A stretch of 64,000 nt of DNA from positions 352,001-416,000 of the forward strand of contig CAWCKW010000012.1 of the NCBI GenBank assembly GCA_963796285.1, given 5' to 3'. Made by a program: the position numbers and the translations under genes. The first letter of the stretch is position 1; the number at the start of each line of letters is the position of its first letter. This stretch comes from Nitrospirota bacterium (lineage in GTDB: Bacteria > Nitrospirota > UBA9217). Shown piece by piece: positions 1-10,151 of this stretch. The notes below the pieces were generated by a model. That model saw only the letters and a list, made by a program, of their open reading frames with translations, was not told the DNA's origin and ran no database searches.

Positions 1-11
1 TAGGGCAGTCA

Positions 12-785
12 GTGGCTCCGCGCAAATGGGTAATCGTCAGCGATGGATCTACTGATAATACTGACTCAATCATCAAGAACTATGCCGAGCGATACAACTT
101 AATCGAATATATCCGCAGAGAAAAGACAGAAACATCTCCATGTTTTATCTCAAAGGTCTTTGCAATTCGCGCTGGGTATGCAGCAATTAAGGGCACGCCA
201 TATGAGTTTATTGGGATACTTGACGCCGATATCACCTTCGGCGTCGACTATTACGAGCGAGTCATCAGTAAATTTCAGGAAAATACAAGACTTGGCTTAG
301 CTGGCGGCTTCATTCATGAGTGGTTGAGAGGCGATTTCAGGAATCGGCCATCAAATTCATCGTTGTCAGTTGCAGGTGCAATTCAGCTCTTTCGTAGGGA
401 ATGCTACGAAGCAATTGGCCGCCACATGCCTTTGCCATATGGTGGTGAGGATACGCTGTGCGAAATTCTGGCCCGCAAAAAGGGATGGACAGTGACGGCA
501 TTTCCAGATATTATTGTGCAACATCTAAAGACAAGCGCAGCAAAACGGGGGGCACTGAAAGATGCAATCAGACAAGGTAAGATGGATTATACAATTGGGA
601 ACCATCCTCTATTTGAATTGGCGAAATGCATAAGACGGATAAGAGAAAGGCCTTTTTTTCTGAAAGCACTATTTAGAATGTTCGGATTTATATGGTCTGC
701 AGCAAAGAGAGAGCGCAAGGCTGTATCCGCTGAGGTAGTCAATTACGTCAGACGGGAACAATTGAAAAGATTGATACATTCATAA
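12..785 (+). CDS. GT2 family glycosyltransferase, 5' end probably outside the window
   Basis: VIVSDGSTD and ILDADI (DxD) motifs, GEDT; first GT-A strand is missing. Confidence 0.85.
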   Translation: MAPRKWVIVSDGSTDNTDSIIKNYAERYNLIEYIRREKTETSPCFISKVFAIRAGYAAIKGTPYEFIGILDADITFGVDYYERVISKFQENTRLGLAGGFIHEWLRGDFRNRPSNSSLSVAGAIQLFRRECYEAIGRHMPLPYGGEDTLCEILARKKGWTVTAFPDIIVQHLKTSAAKRGALKDAIRQGKMDYTIGNHPLFELAKCIRRIRERPFFLKALFRMFGFIWSAAKRERKAVSAEVVNYVRREQLKRLIHS

Positions 786-903
786 TATAATATAGACAGC
801 GTAATCACATGGGGCAGATAGGACGCATATGCGGACTCCATATAGAAAAGGGGGGACCGATAAAGAACAACTGATTGCCCCATTACAAATATCTATGTAA
901 CAT

Positions 904-919
904 TGTGATTTGAGTCACA
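904..919. promoter_or_regulatory. Crp-type binding site
   Basis: Exact TGTGA-N6-TCACA (TGTGAtttgagTCACA); candidate -10 TAATGT at 941-946 fits class II geometry. Confidence 0.65.
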
Positions 920-1086
920 GCCCTCTATCACATAAATATGTAATGTATATTTAATGTCAAAGAGGTTTATGTAATTCTTATCGCCATTACAGCAGGAAGC
1001 CATCTGAAAGGGTGGGAGACGCTGTAAGAGTCCCAGTTTATAGGATCAGGCAATGGGGCATGCGAACAATTGAGGAGGAATGCATC

Positions 1087-2445
1087 ATGAAATACAATTA
1101 TTCATCAACGCAAACGAAAGTTTTATTGTTCTTGGTTTTGCTTCTATCGTTGTTGTTTCTTAGAACATCGAGTGCCGATGCCGCCTCAATTCACTATGTT
1201 CGACCTGGCGCTTCAGGAAGTAATAATGGTAGTGACTGGACAAACGCATATACCAACCTTCCCACAACATTAACCCGTGGTGACACCTACTACATTGCCT
1301 CTGGAAATTATGGCAGTTCAATAAATGGGGTCAATACCGCACGAAGTGGCACGACTCCTATCTATATTAAAAAATGTCCTGCCTCAACTGATCTTGCTGA
1401 TGCTTGCCAAAGTGTTTCTGGTTGGAGCAACAGTTACGGAACCGGGCAGGCCTTTTTTAATAACACAACGGTAGACGGCAGCTCTCCTGGATATATTGAT
1501 ATTGACGGGATGACGAGCTATGGAATCAAGATAGACGTACCAGACGTCGCAAATGCAAATGGTATTTTTATAACGTCCAGCGTTGCTCCAGGATTCAAAC
1601 TAAAACACATAGAATTTACAGGACATGGGACAGAGGGCAATGCTTGGGGAGTTGCACTTGTTGGCGTGAGTGATTCAACGGGATTGCTGATTTCACACTG
1701 TTCTATCCATGGAATGAATACGCCAATATATTTTGCAGGGGTAAACAATGCAATTATAGAATACAACGATATGTATGATATTGTTGGCTTGAATCATCCT
1801 AATATGATGTGGATAGGCAACCCGGCACATGACCTTACTATACGATATAATAAATTTCATAATTATAGTGCTGAAGGTATTTTTTTAACTTACTGGAATG
1901 GTGGTACTTCCTCCTCCATGTATAATTTTTATATCTATGGTAATCTGTTTTATGATGGTTACTTCCCGACTGGAAGTGATTATCCACGGGGGATTGAACT
2001 TCGGGACGGCGATGGAACAGGTTATGGCACTTACGGGAATGTGCTTATCTATAATAACACCTGTGCTGATATGAACCTTGGTTGCGTCATTAACAATTCA
2101 GGCTCTAATGGAGGTGGTGTTGGCGCAACAGGAGAGATCAGAAACAATATAGGATACGGGGGAAATTCAGGGTTCAATGTAGGAAACATGACTAATAGCA
2201 ATAACACTGTTGTGAGTAGCAGTAGCCAATTTGTAAATTATGCAGCGAGAGATTTCCATCTTGCATCTGCTACTGCGGCCGGATATACGCTTTCTTCTCC
2301 CTATAATGCGGATATGGATGGGAATACAAGAGGCTCAGATGGTGTTTGGGATTTAGGGGCTTATGAGTACAAATCTGGCAGTTTTGCAGTCAGCGGAAGC
2401 GGAGTACGGGAGCCTGCTCCACCTAAAAATCTGTCAATACAATAA
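1087..2445 (+). CDS. Secreted right-handed beta-helix protein with choice-of-anchor-Q-like C-terminus
   Basis: GAGGAG RBS before ATG 1087; signal peptide ending ADA-A; YVRPGASGSNNGSDWTNAY start; Asn/Gly-rich coils; RDFHLA...DLGAYEY. Confidence 0.8.
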   Translation: MKYNYSSTQTKVLLFLVLLLSLLFLRTSSADAASIHYVRPGASGSNNGSDWTNAYTNLPTTLTRGDTYYIASGNYGSSINGVNTARSGTTPIYIKKCPASTDLADACQSVSGWSNSYGTGQAFFNNTTVDGSSPGYIDIDGMTSYGIKIDVPDVANANGIFITSSVAPGFKLKHIEFTGHGTEGNAWGVALVGVSDSTGLLISHCSIHGMNTPIYFAGVNNAIIEYNDMYDIVGLNHPNMMWIGNPAHDLTIRYNKFHNYSAEGIFLTYWNGGTSSSMYNFYIYGNLFYDGYFPTGSDYPRGIELRDGDGTGYGTYGNVLIYNNTCADMNLGCVINNSGSNGGGVGATGEIRNNIGYGGNSGFNVGNMTNSNNTVVSSSSQFVNYAARDFHLASATAAGYTLSSPYNADMDGNTRGSDGVWDLGAYEYKSGSFAVSGSGVREPAPPKNLSIQ

Positions 2446-2492
2446 ATACTCCTAGATACGGCTTGACAGCTCTTACGTATAGATAACGAGGC

Positions 2493-2533
2493 ATGCGCGG
2501 CTGGCTATAGCCAGCCGACGCATCTGTCTTTTT
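2493..2533 (+). terminator. Probable intrinsic terminator
   Basis: Stem atgcg-cggctggc/tata/gccagccg-a-cgcat followed by a T tract. Confidence 0.55.
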
Positions 2534-2699
2534 ACATATGCCCCTCGATCGGTATCCTGTCCAGATAACATAGTATTTACACTACCGTAATTGATCATGA
2601 AAGCAATAGTCTTACCTACCTTCAGTGGCCGATAAGATGGACTGCATCGTCATAAATCCAGCAAGATTTCACAAGTGAGACGAGCAACAATAGCATTTT

Positions 2700-2905
2700 T
2701 AAGAATTATGCCTCAAGAGACTTCCACCTTGCGGCTCGCTCCTACGGCAGCAGGCTATACTCTTGCCTGTCCATACAATGTTGACCCTGCCAATGTTGCC
2801 CGTGGATTGGATGGCACATGGGACATTGGTGCTTATGAGTATGTTTCAAAAAGCAGCGGCGCCATTGTAGCGCCTGCGGCGCCTGCAAATCTGATTATAT
2901 GGTAG
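2700..2905 (+). pseudogene. 3' remnant of a paralog of the upstream beta-helix gene
   Basis: NYASRDFHLA, frameshift, then AAGYTLACPYNVD...WDIGAYEY...PAAPANLII, mirroring 2236-2445. Confidence 0.75.
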
Positions 2906-2953
2906 AAAAGTCATTGCAATGTACAAGTTGTAAAAAAAATAATCATCTGAAAG

Positions 2954-3380
2954 GTGTTTGGGGAACTACTAAATGGCAAGCAGATACGATATCTCAAGAT
3001 GTTCCCGTATGAGCCGGAGAGAAACACAATAGCAGCAAAGATGAAGATGCTGGAGGAAAAGGTTGTATACAAGTTTTGGCAACAAATCGTTGAGCCTGCA
3101 ATAGGAGACATAAAAGAGAACCAAGGTTTACGTGCATTTTCCCCCAGAGGAATTCAAGGGCAAAGACAGAGTTCAACCTGGCGTGTGCGGCAAGGAGTCT
3201 AAGTAAAATTTGGATATGTTTTGCAGAAGAAAAAAGGAGATGGGGATAAAACACAGTGGCAGGCTTGCCCCCAACCGCCTTTTCGCTTAGCCTATCAGTT
3301 TTGAACATCAGGGATAAGCCCGGTGACGTCCTTATAAACAGATATCTCTGCACTGTAGCCAATTGTCGGGAAACCTGCTT
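2954..3380 (+). mobile_element. Decayed IS1182-like transposase 3' remnant
   Basis: VYKFWQQIVEPAIGDIKENQGLRAFSPRG resembles the DDE_Tnp_1_6 C-terminal motif; IR-like ttgtcgggaaacctgc near 3363-3378. Confidence 0.6.
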
Positions 3381-3389
3381 GCTGCGGGG

Positions 3390-4731
3390 AGGTTCAATGA
3401 CGTTACCAAGAAACTTGCCGAGGTCTTTTCCGTTGACGTCTCGAAGCAGCGTTTCGACTCGGTCCATATCTTTTCCAACATGCGCCATTTGGGCCGGATC
3501 GGCCTGTTCGTCAAGACCATCAAGAAGTTCCTCGTAAACCTCAAACGCCATCACAAAGACCTCTACGAAGCTTTGGACAAGGTCCTCTCCGACCGGTACA
3601 TGACCAAGCAGGGAGAAGCCGTCTTCTCGATGGTCAAGCCTTCGGAATCGACGAAGACACTTGCAAGCTTGGCTGAGGACGTTTTCACCCTTGTGGAACG
3701 TTTCAGGGGAAACGAGCCGGTCGTCACCATGACCAGCTATCAGTTCCTTGTCCGGCTGCTTAAGGAACAATGCATCCTGGAGCGTGTTGATACGCATACA
3801 ACCCAGGTCTCGGTCAAAGCGAACAAAGACGTACCTTCTGACTCTTTGCAGAATCCTTCCGACCCTGATGCCGGGTATAACGGCTATAAGGGCAAAGGCT
3901 ACCAGGTGCAGGTCGCCGAAAGCTACAGCACTTCCGAGGATGCCGACACCCTGAATTTGATCACCGGCGTGATCGTCGAACCTGCACACAAGCGCGATGC
4001 TCATGCCCTGATTCCGCTCATCGAAACCACCGCAGAGCTTGGCCTGAAGCCGAAGGAAGCCCTGGCCGATACCCTTTACGGCGGTGACGAGAACTGCCGG
4101 AAGGCGGAAGCTCTGGGTGTTGAAATCGTTTCGCCGGTCAAGGGCGCAGGACCCAAGGCCTCTTCCACTCACGGAATTCACCATGAACAGCGAGAACGAG
4201 GTAACCTCCTGCCCGGAGGGATGTGCGCCGGAAAACACCGAAAGCCAAGATGACAATCACATCGCGTTCTTCTCAAAGAGAACCTGTCGCGGCTGTTCCC
4301 GAAAGAAAACATGTCCGACGAAGCCCGGCAAAAAAGGACGCTCTCTCCGGTACGACGATAAAGCGATCCGTCTGGCCCGGCGGCGTGTGTACGAAGAATC
4401 TCCCGAGTTTCGGGACCGATACCGATTCCGTGCGGGAATCGAAGGGACCATGTCTCAGCTTGATCGATTGACTGGAATCAAGAACCTTCGCGTCCGGGGC
4501 ATGTCCGCAGTGAGCTTCGCTGCTTACTTAAAAGCGGCGGGGATCAACATCATCCGGGCGGCGGCGTATCCAAAACCGGGAAACCGAAGGGGAATCGGCT
4601 GTCACAGCCGTTTTCCTTGCTATCTTGTGCTGTCAAAGAGCGATTGCAGCGCGTTTCAGATGCGATCAGGTGTATTGCGAGCGACTTACTGGCGTCTTGA
4701 TATGTGTTTCGCGGCTCTTTATGCCGCGTGA
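3390..4731 (+). mobile_element. 5'-truncated, frameshifted DDE transposase (IS1182-like)
   Basis: QRFDSVHIFSNM, SLQNPSDPDAGY, KGYQVQVAE, LADTLYGGD; second frame CPEG...CRGC...CP, YRFRAGIEGTMSQL...LRVRG; frame switch near 4150. Confidence 0.85.
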
Positions 4732-4874
4732 CTTTCTAATGAAGATATATTCATAGATGATACTACAAGATATAAACAAAAATATAATGGTCATCTTCGA
4801 AATATCAAGAACTATGTTTATAATCAATAGTTGCCATTCTGAAGTAATGGAGTAAATAATTATGGCCATCAAAG

Positions 4875-5737
4875 TTGTCACCAGAGTTACAAAGACGTAT
4901 TATAATTGTAAGTATCAGCGCTGTCGTTTTCTTATATGATACTCTGCAGAGACTCGTCCTATCATTGAGTGGGAGAAAGCCTGCGGCGCGGTGTGTTGTA
5001 CTATATTATCATGACATACCTCGTGAGCAAAGTAAGTGTTTTGCTCGGCAGATGAGCCTCCTCCATAAGTTTAGCCAGCCTATTTCGTGCAACGTCAGAC
5101 CTTCTTCGGGCGCAGGTAACGGCTATGTAATTATCACATTCGACGATGGTTTTATATCCTTTAAGGAGATCGCCCTCCCGAACTGGAGAAAAGAAGTATC
5201 CCGGCGACGATATTTATCCCGACACGGTTTATCGGTAATGTCCCCGGCTGGATGGCTAATTCAAGCGAAAGGCTTATGACCTGTGATGAGATCAGGGTCA
5301 TCTCAAAAAACCCATTAGTGACGATCGGATCGCATGGTGTAAGCCATCGGCCTTTCACAGGACTGATGCCGGAAGAAGTGAATCAGGAGTTCATGGAATC
5401 AAAGAGGGTCCTCGAATCGATTGTTGGACAGATGGTGACCTCGTTCAGCTTTCCTCATGGAGCCTTTGCTGAAGAACATCTACAAATTGCCCGAGAGGTT
5501 GGATATGCAACGATTTACTCCATCAAACCTGTATGCGCTTTTGAAAAGCCTGACGAGCATATTACGGGAAGAGTGAAGGTATATCCATCTGATTGGCCTT
5601 TGGAATTTGTTTTAAAAATAACAGGTTCATATCGATGGCTTCCTTATGTTTATCGCATAAAACGTTACTTCAATGCAGTGCTACAAAAGGCATCCTCAAG
5701 GTACTTTGTCGAACCAAACAAAGTCAACAAAAATTAA
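4875..5737 (+). CDS. Polysaccharide deacetylase (NodB/CE4), frameshifted near 5180
   Basis: LYYHD, ITFDDGF, IGSHGVSH and FSFPHG motifs split over two frames. Confidence 0.8.
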
Positions 5738-5749
5738 GGGAACAGCATA

Positions 5750-6812
5750 TTGGAGATGCAAAAAAAATACATTCAAGAACTTGACAATGGGTATTACGCT
5801 GAAGTTGATCAAATCGACGAAAACGCCTGGTTTCAGGCATTGTCCCTTTTTCAGGATACAACAGTATATCAGACGTGGTCCTATGGCGCCGTACGATGGG
5901 GCGAAAAGCATTTAAGCCATATAGTGGTTAAAAAAAAATAACCATATTGTAGGACTTGCGCAAGTGACTGTTATAAAAATCCCTATGATAGGAGGCGGTA
6001 TCGCGTATGTTCCTTGGGGTCCCTTATGGAGAAAACGCGGCGATCAAGATGATTTTAGTAACTTTCAATACGTTATTCGTGTACTGAAGGAGGTTTACGT
6101 GAAGGAAAGGGGCCTTTCTCTAAGAATAGCTCCTAACGTCATAGATCAAACATTTAGATCTATGTTGGAAAGCGAACAGTTTATCTGGACCAAGAATAAC
6201 AATCGCACGTTATTACTCGACCTTTCCAGGTCACTTGAAGAGCTGAGAAAAGGATTAGACCAAAAATGGAGAAATCAGTTGAATCGCGCAGAACGGAATA
6301 ATCTCTCCATAGACGAAGGCAGCAGTACCATGCTATATCGAACTTTTTTAGACCTCCAAAAAGAAATGCGTTCACGTAAAGCGTTTGTTCCCGGTGTCGA
6401 TTATGAGGAATTCGGCAGAATTCAAGAGAACCTTTCTAATTCACAAAAAATGAGAATTGCCGTTTGTAAATCTAATGGTAAAGCAATCTCGGTTGTAGTT
6501 GTTTCAGCTCTGGGTGATACGGGAATTTATCTGTTAGGATCTACCGGCAATGAGGGACTCACGCTTAAAGGCTCCTATTTATTGCAATGGCGAATAATAC
6601 AATGGTTAAAAGAGATAGGGTGTCAATGGTATGATCTGGGCGGAATTGATCCAGATAGCAATCCAGGTGTATATCACTTTAAAGCCGGCTTGGGCGGGAA
6701 AGACATAAGCTTCATAGGACAATTTGAGCTGACACAACGACCATTGCATTCTTTCATTATTAAATCTGTTGAATTTGTAAAAAAGAGGATACGTGAAAAT
6801 GTACCTCAATGA
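5750..6812 (+). CDS. FemAB/FemX-like aminoacyl transferase, frameshifted in an A9 run
   Basis: YQTWSYG, AYVPWGP, LDQKWRNQLNRAE, WYDLGGID...GVYHFKAGLGG; A8 instead of A9 at 5930-5938 joins the frames. Confidence 0.8.
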
Positions 6813-7469
6813 AATGAAAATAAGATTTGTTAAATATTATCGAGAAAAAGGACTTGTCAATACTTGTTTACGTGTTCTCACACAACTTAGAAGATTATTT
6901 ACTAATAATAAGTATGTGATATTTTGTGTAGACCTAAACGCGATTACTCCTAATAATATCAATAAAAATAGCGGCATAATTGAGATCGAGTGCAAGAAAG
7001 TGATGACAGATTTAAAGGACCATGAGATGAAACAGCTGTTTATCACCCATGATCCAGAATAGTTATGAACCAGCTAAATGAGAGGTTTGTAAAAGGTGCA
7101 TGGTTGTGGCTAGTAAAATATAATGGAGAAACTGCCGGCTTTGTTTGGACAATTACGGGGCAGACTATTATGCCATATTTCATGCCTTTAGGAATCAGGG
7201 ATATTCATCTATTTGACAATGAGATGTTTCCCGCATACAGAGGGAAAGGAATAAACCCCGTGCTAATTAATCATGTTTTATATGAGCTTAAAAAACTATG
7301 CCTGACAAGAGCTTTTATTGAGACCCGTTTATGGAACGCTACTGAGATGAGGTCATTAGCAAAAACACACTTCAAAAAGATGGCTGTAGCAAGAAAGTAC
7401 GCCTTATTAGGGAAATCAATCACTTTGTGGTATTTCGAAGAAATAGAAAAGAACCTAAATCAAGTATAA
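6799..7469 (+). CDS. GNAT family acetyltransferase, frameshifted near 7060
   Basis: FPAYRGKGI acetyl-CoA motif; one added base at 7058 (gaa ata gtt atg) fuses the two ORFs. Confidence 0.65.
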
Positions 7470-7477
7470 AGGGAAGG

Positions 7478-8461
7478 ATGTATTTAACAAAATCGATGGT
7501 CGCATCTATTATTATTGTAAATTGGAATACCAAGGATATTTTGCTAAAATGCTTAGGTTCTATTAGCAAACAGGACAGAGCTATCTGTAAAGAAGTAATC
7601 GTTGTCGACAATGGTTCGACGGATGGTTCAGTGGACGCAATTCACACACATTTCCCGCAAACGATCGTTATTGAAAATTATGCGAATATAGGGTTTGCTC
7701 GAGCGAACAACGTTGGAATTAATAAGAGTACGGGGCGATATGTTTGTCTCGTGAATTCAGATGTGGAGCTGCTCGACGGTTGCTTGTTACGCTTGATCGA
7801 GTACATGGATGCCAATCCAGATATTGGTATTGCAGGCCCAAAAATCTATTACCCGGATCTTACTCTTCAAAATTCATGCAGAAAGTTTCCTACGTTATGG
7901 AATAATCTGAGCCCTGCTCTTGGATTTGACAAATTATTCAGAAATTCTCCGGCATTCTCCGGAGAACATATGCGTTATTTTACACACGACGTAAATATGA
8001 ATGTCGATTATCTGGCTGGATGTTTTCTTGTCGTGAGGAGAGAAGCACTTGAGGAAGTCGGTTTGTTGGACGAACAGTTTTTTATTTATCGAGAAGAGGT
8101 TGATTGGTGCAAGAGGTTCCATCAGCACGGCTGGAAAATATCTTTCTTTCCTAATGCCATGGCAATACATCATCATGGAGCTAGTTCCTCAAAGGACCCG
8201 AAGCGATTCGCGCTGGCGAGTCAAAAGGCCTTATTCCAATACTGGGAAAAACACCACAGCACCTTAAGCGTTATAACGATACGGTTGATTCTAATTCTAC
8301 GACACAGTCTCCGGCTCATTCTTAGAGCAGTTCTTTATTGCATACGCAAGACCAATCGGCGTAAACATGGTCAAAAGCTTAAGATGGATCTCGCCTATTT
8401 ATCCGAATTGATTCGGTTCCCGAAAATTCCAAGGCATTTTAGAATCGGTGGGCATGGCTGA
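7478..8461 (+). CDS. GT2 glycosyltransferase (WbbL/rhamnosyltransferase-like)
   Basis: SIIIVNWN, VVDNGSTDGS, NIGFARANN, LVNSD, FIYREEVDWC. Confidence 0.9.
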   Translation: MYLTKSMVASIIIVNWNTKDILLKCLGSISKQDRAICKEVIVVDNGSTDGSVDAIHTHFPQTIVIENYANIGFARANNVGINKSTGRYVCLVNSDVELLDGCLLRLIEYMDANPDIGIAGPKIYYPDLTLQNSCRKFPTLWNNLSPALGFDKLFRNSPAFSGEHMRYFTHDVNMNVDYLAGCFLVVRREALEEVGLLDEQFFIYREEVDWCKRFHQHGWKISFFPNAMAIHHHGASSSKDPKRFALASQKALFQYWEKHHSTLSVITIRLILILRHSLRLILRAVLYCIRKTNRRKHGQKLKMDLAYLSELIRFPKIPRHFRIGGHG

Positions 8462-8512
8462 ACTTATGATAGATGGACGCGTTGTTTGTACGGAAGAGGC
8501 TGTGGAGAGAGT

Positions 8513-8621
8513 AATTAATACAAACGCACTGATAATTGTGACAAATTCAAAATAGTTGCTTCATTTAATCAATGCGTTAAGTAGTGTCAACGTATCAATT
8601 TATTCTGCGTTTGTATTAATT
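8513..8621. mobile_element. 109-bp MITE-like element
   Basis: Perfect 16-bp terminal inverted repeats aattaatacaaacgca / tgcgtttgtattaatt, imperfectly extended inward. Confidence 0.6.
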
Positions 8622-8894
8622 GAGAAAAAAACGAAATTGTCTCTGAATCGGTAATGTCGCCTTTGATCTACGTATTGAACATTAGGAAGCTTCGCCTTCT
8701 GTCCATGGTGTCAAAACAGCTCACAGAAGCATGGGATCGGATAGCGCCTGCGCCAGGGCGAGTTTTCGCTTTTTCGATCAAGCTGAACAAAACTTAAACA
8801 ATAGCTTACCATACTTTCGGTGACCGATGACATGGAATGCATCGTTACCAACCTAACCAGACCCCACAATTATAATTTCCAAAAGATCGAATAG

Positions 8895-10151
8895 ATGAAT
8901 GCTTTTGCCATATTATTTCTGCTGATCAACTCGCTAGCGCTGCTAATGCTGCCGCGTCGATGGGCCCCTTTGCCCCTCCTGGTCGGAGCTTGTTACATGA
9001 CCCTTGGCCAGGGAATAGAGTTGGGATCGTTCCACTTCCCCCTCATCCGAATGTTGATAGCCGTCGGACTCGTGCGGGTGATTATACGAGGCGAGCGTTT
9101 GGTGGGTCGGATGAACAGCCTTGACTGGCTGATGATGGTATGGGCCGCCTGGGCGCTGATTAGCAGTCTCTTTCACAAAGATGCTTTTGGAGCGTTAGTA
9201 AGCCACCTCGGCCTTGTCTATAACGCGTGCGGCATTTATTTCCTTCTTCGCGTTTTCTGTCAGTCGCTGGACGACGTGGTAATGTTATGCCGCATCACGG
9301 CCATCCTTCTAATACCTCTATCCATCATGATACTTTTCGAAAAGATGACAGGTCATAACCTTTTTTCCGCATTAGGCGGTGTCTCGGAAATCTCTGAGAT
9401 TCGCGACGGTAGGATTCGTGCTCAAGGGCCTTTTGCTCATTCGATTACTCGCCGGGACGGTCGGTGCGGTATGCCTTCCGTTAATGATTGGCCTCTGGCA
9501 ACAACACCGGAAGATTGCGATTGCAGGCATTCTGGCATGTTTCTCAATGATTTTTGCATCCACTTCCAGTGGACCAATTATGAGCGCTGTAGCCGCTATT
9601 GGGGCATTGTTTATGTGGCGTTATCGCCACCGAATGCGGCTTGTCCGATGGCTTGCAGTCCTGGGTTATATCGGACTGGATCTGGTTATGAAGGCGCCGG
9701 CGTATTACCTTATAGCGCGCATCGATCTGACGGGCAGCAGCACCAGTTGGCACCGAGCATTCTTAATCGAGTCGGCCATAAACCACCTCTCTGAATGGTG
9801 GCTTGCGGGAACGGACTACACCCGCCACTGGATGCCCTTATGGCGTTCCCTGGAGCGAAAATCAAGCGGACATCACGAATCATTACCTGCAGCATGGGGG
9901 TAGATGGCGGGCTGCCTTTAATGTTGCTGTTCATAGCTATCCTGGCCAAGGGGTTTTCCTACGTTGGCCAAACGCTGCGGCAAATGCCCGAGTCGTCACC
10001 TCAGTCCCGGTTTATGGTCTGGGCACTTGGGGCGATGCTCTTTGCACACGCCGCCACGTTCATATCGGTCTCTTATTTTGACCAGTCATTTGTGTTCATT
10101 TACCTGACTCTTGCAGCTATCAGTTCAGTCCGGTATGCAGCACTGTCATGA
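8895..10151 (+). CDS. O-antigen ligase / Wzy-like polymerase membrane protein, two frameshifts
   Basis: Many TM segments; RAQGPFAHSI-LAG, STSSGP, R-rich loop and DITNHYL over three frames. Confidence 0.75.

Noticed and set aside
4140-4200. Programmed frameshift in the transposase
   Set aside because: No slippery heptamer is evident and similar indels occur throughout the window.
2994-4256. 420-aa minus-strand ORF
   Set aside because: Antisense shadow of the transposase with no recognisable motifs.
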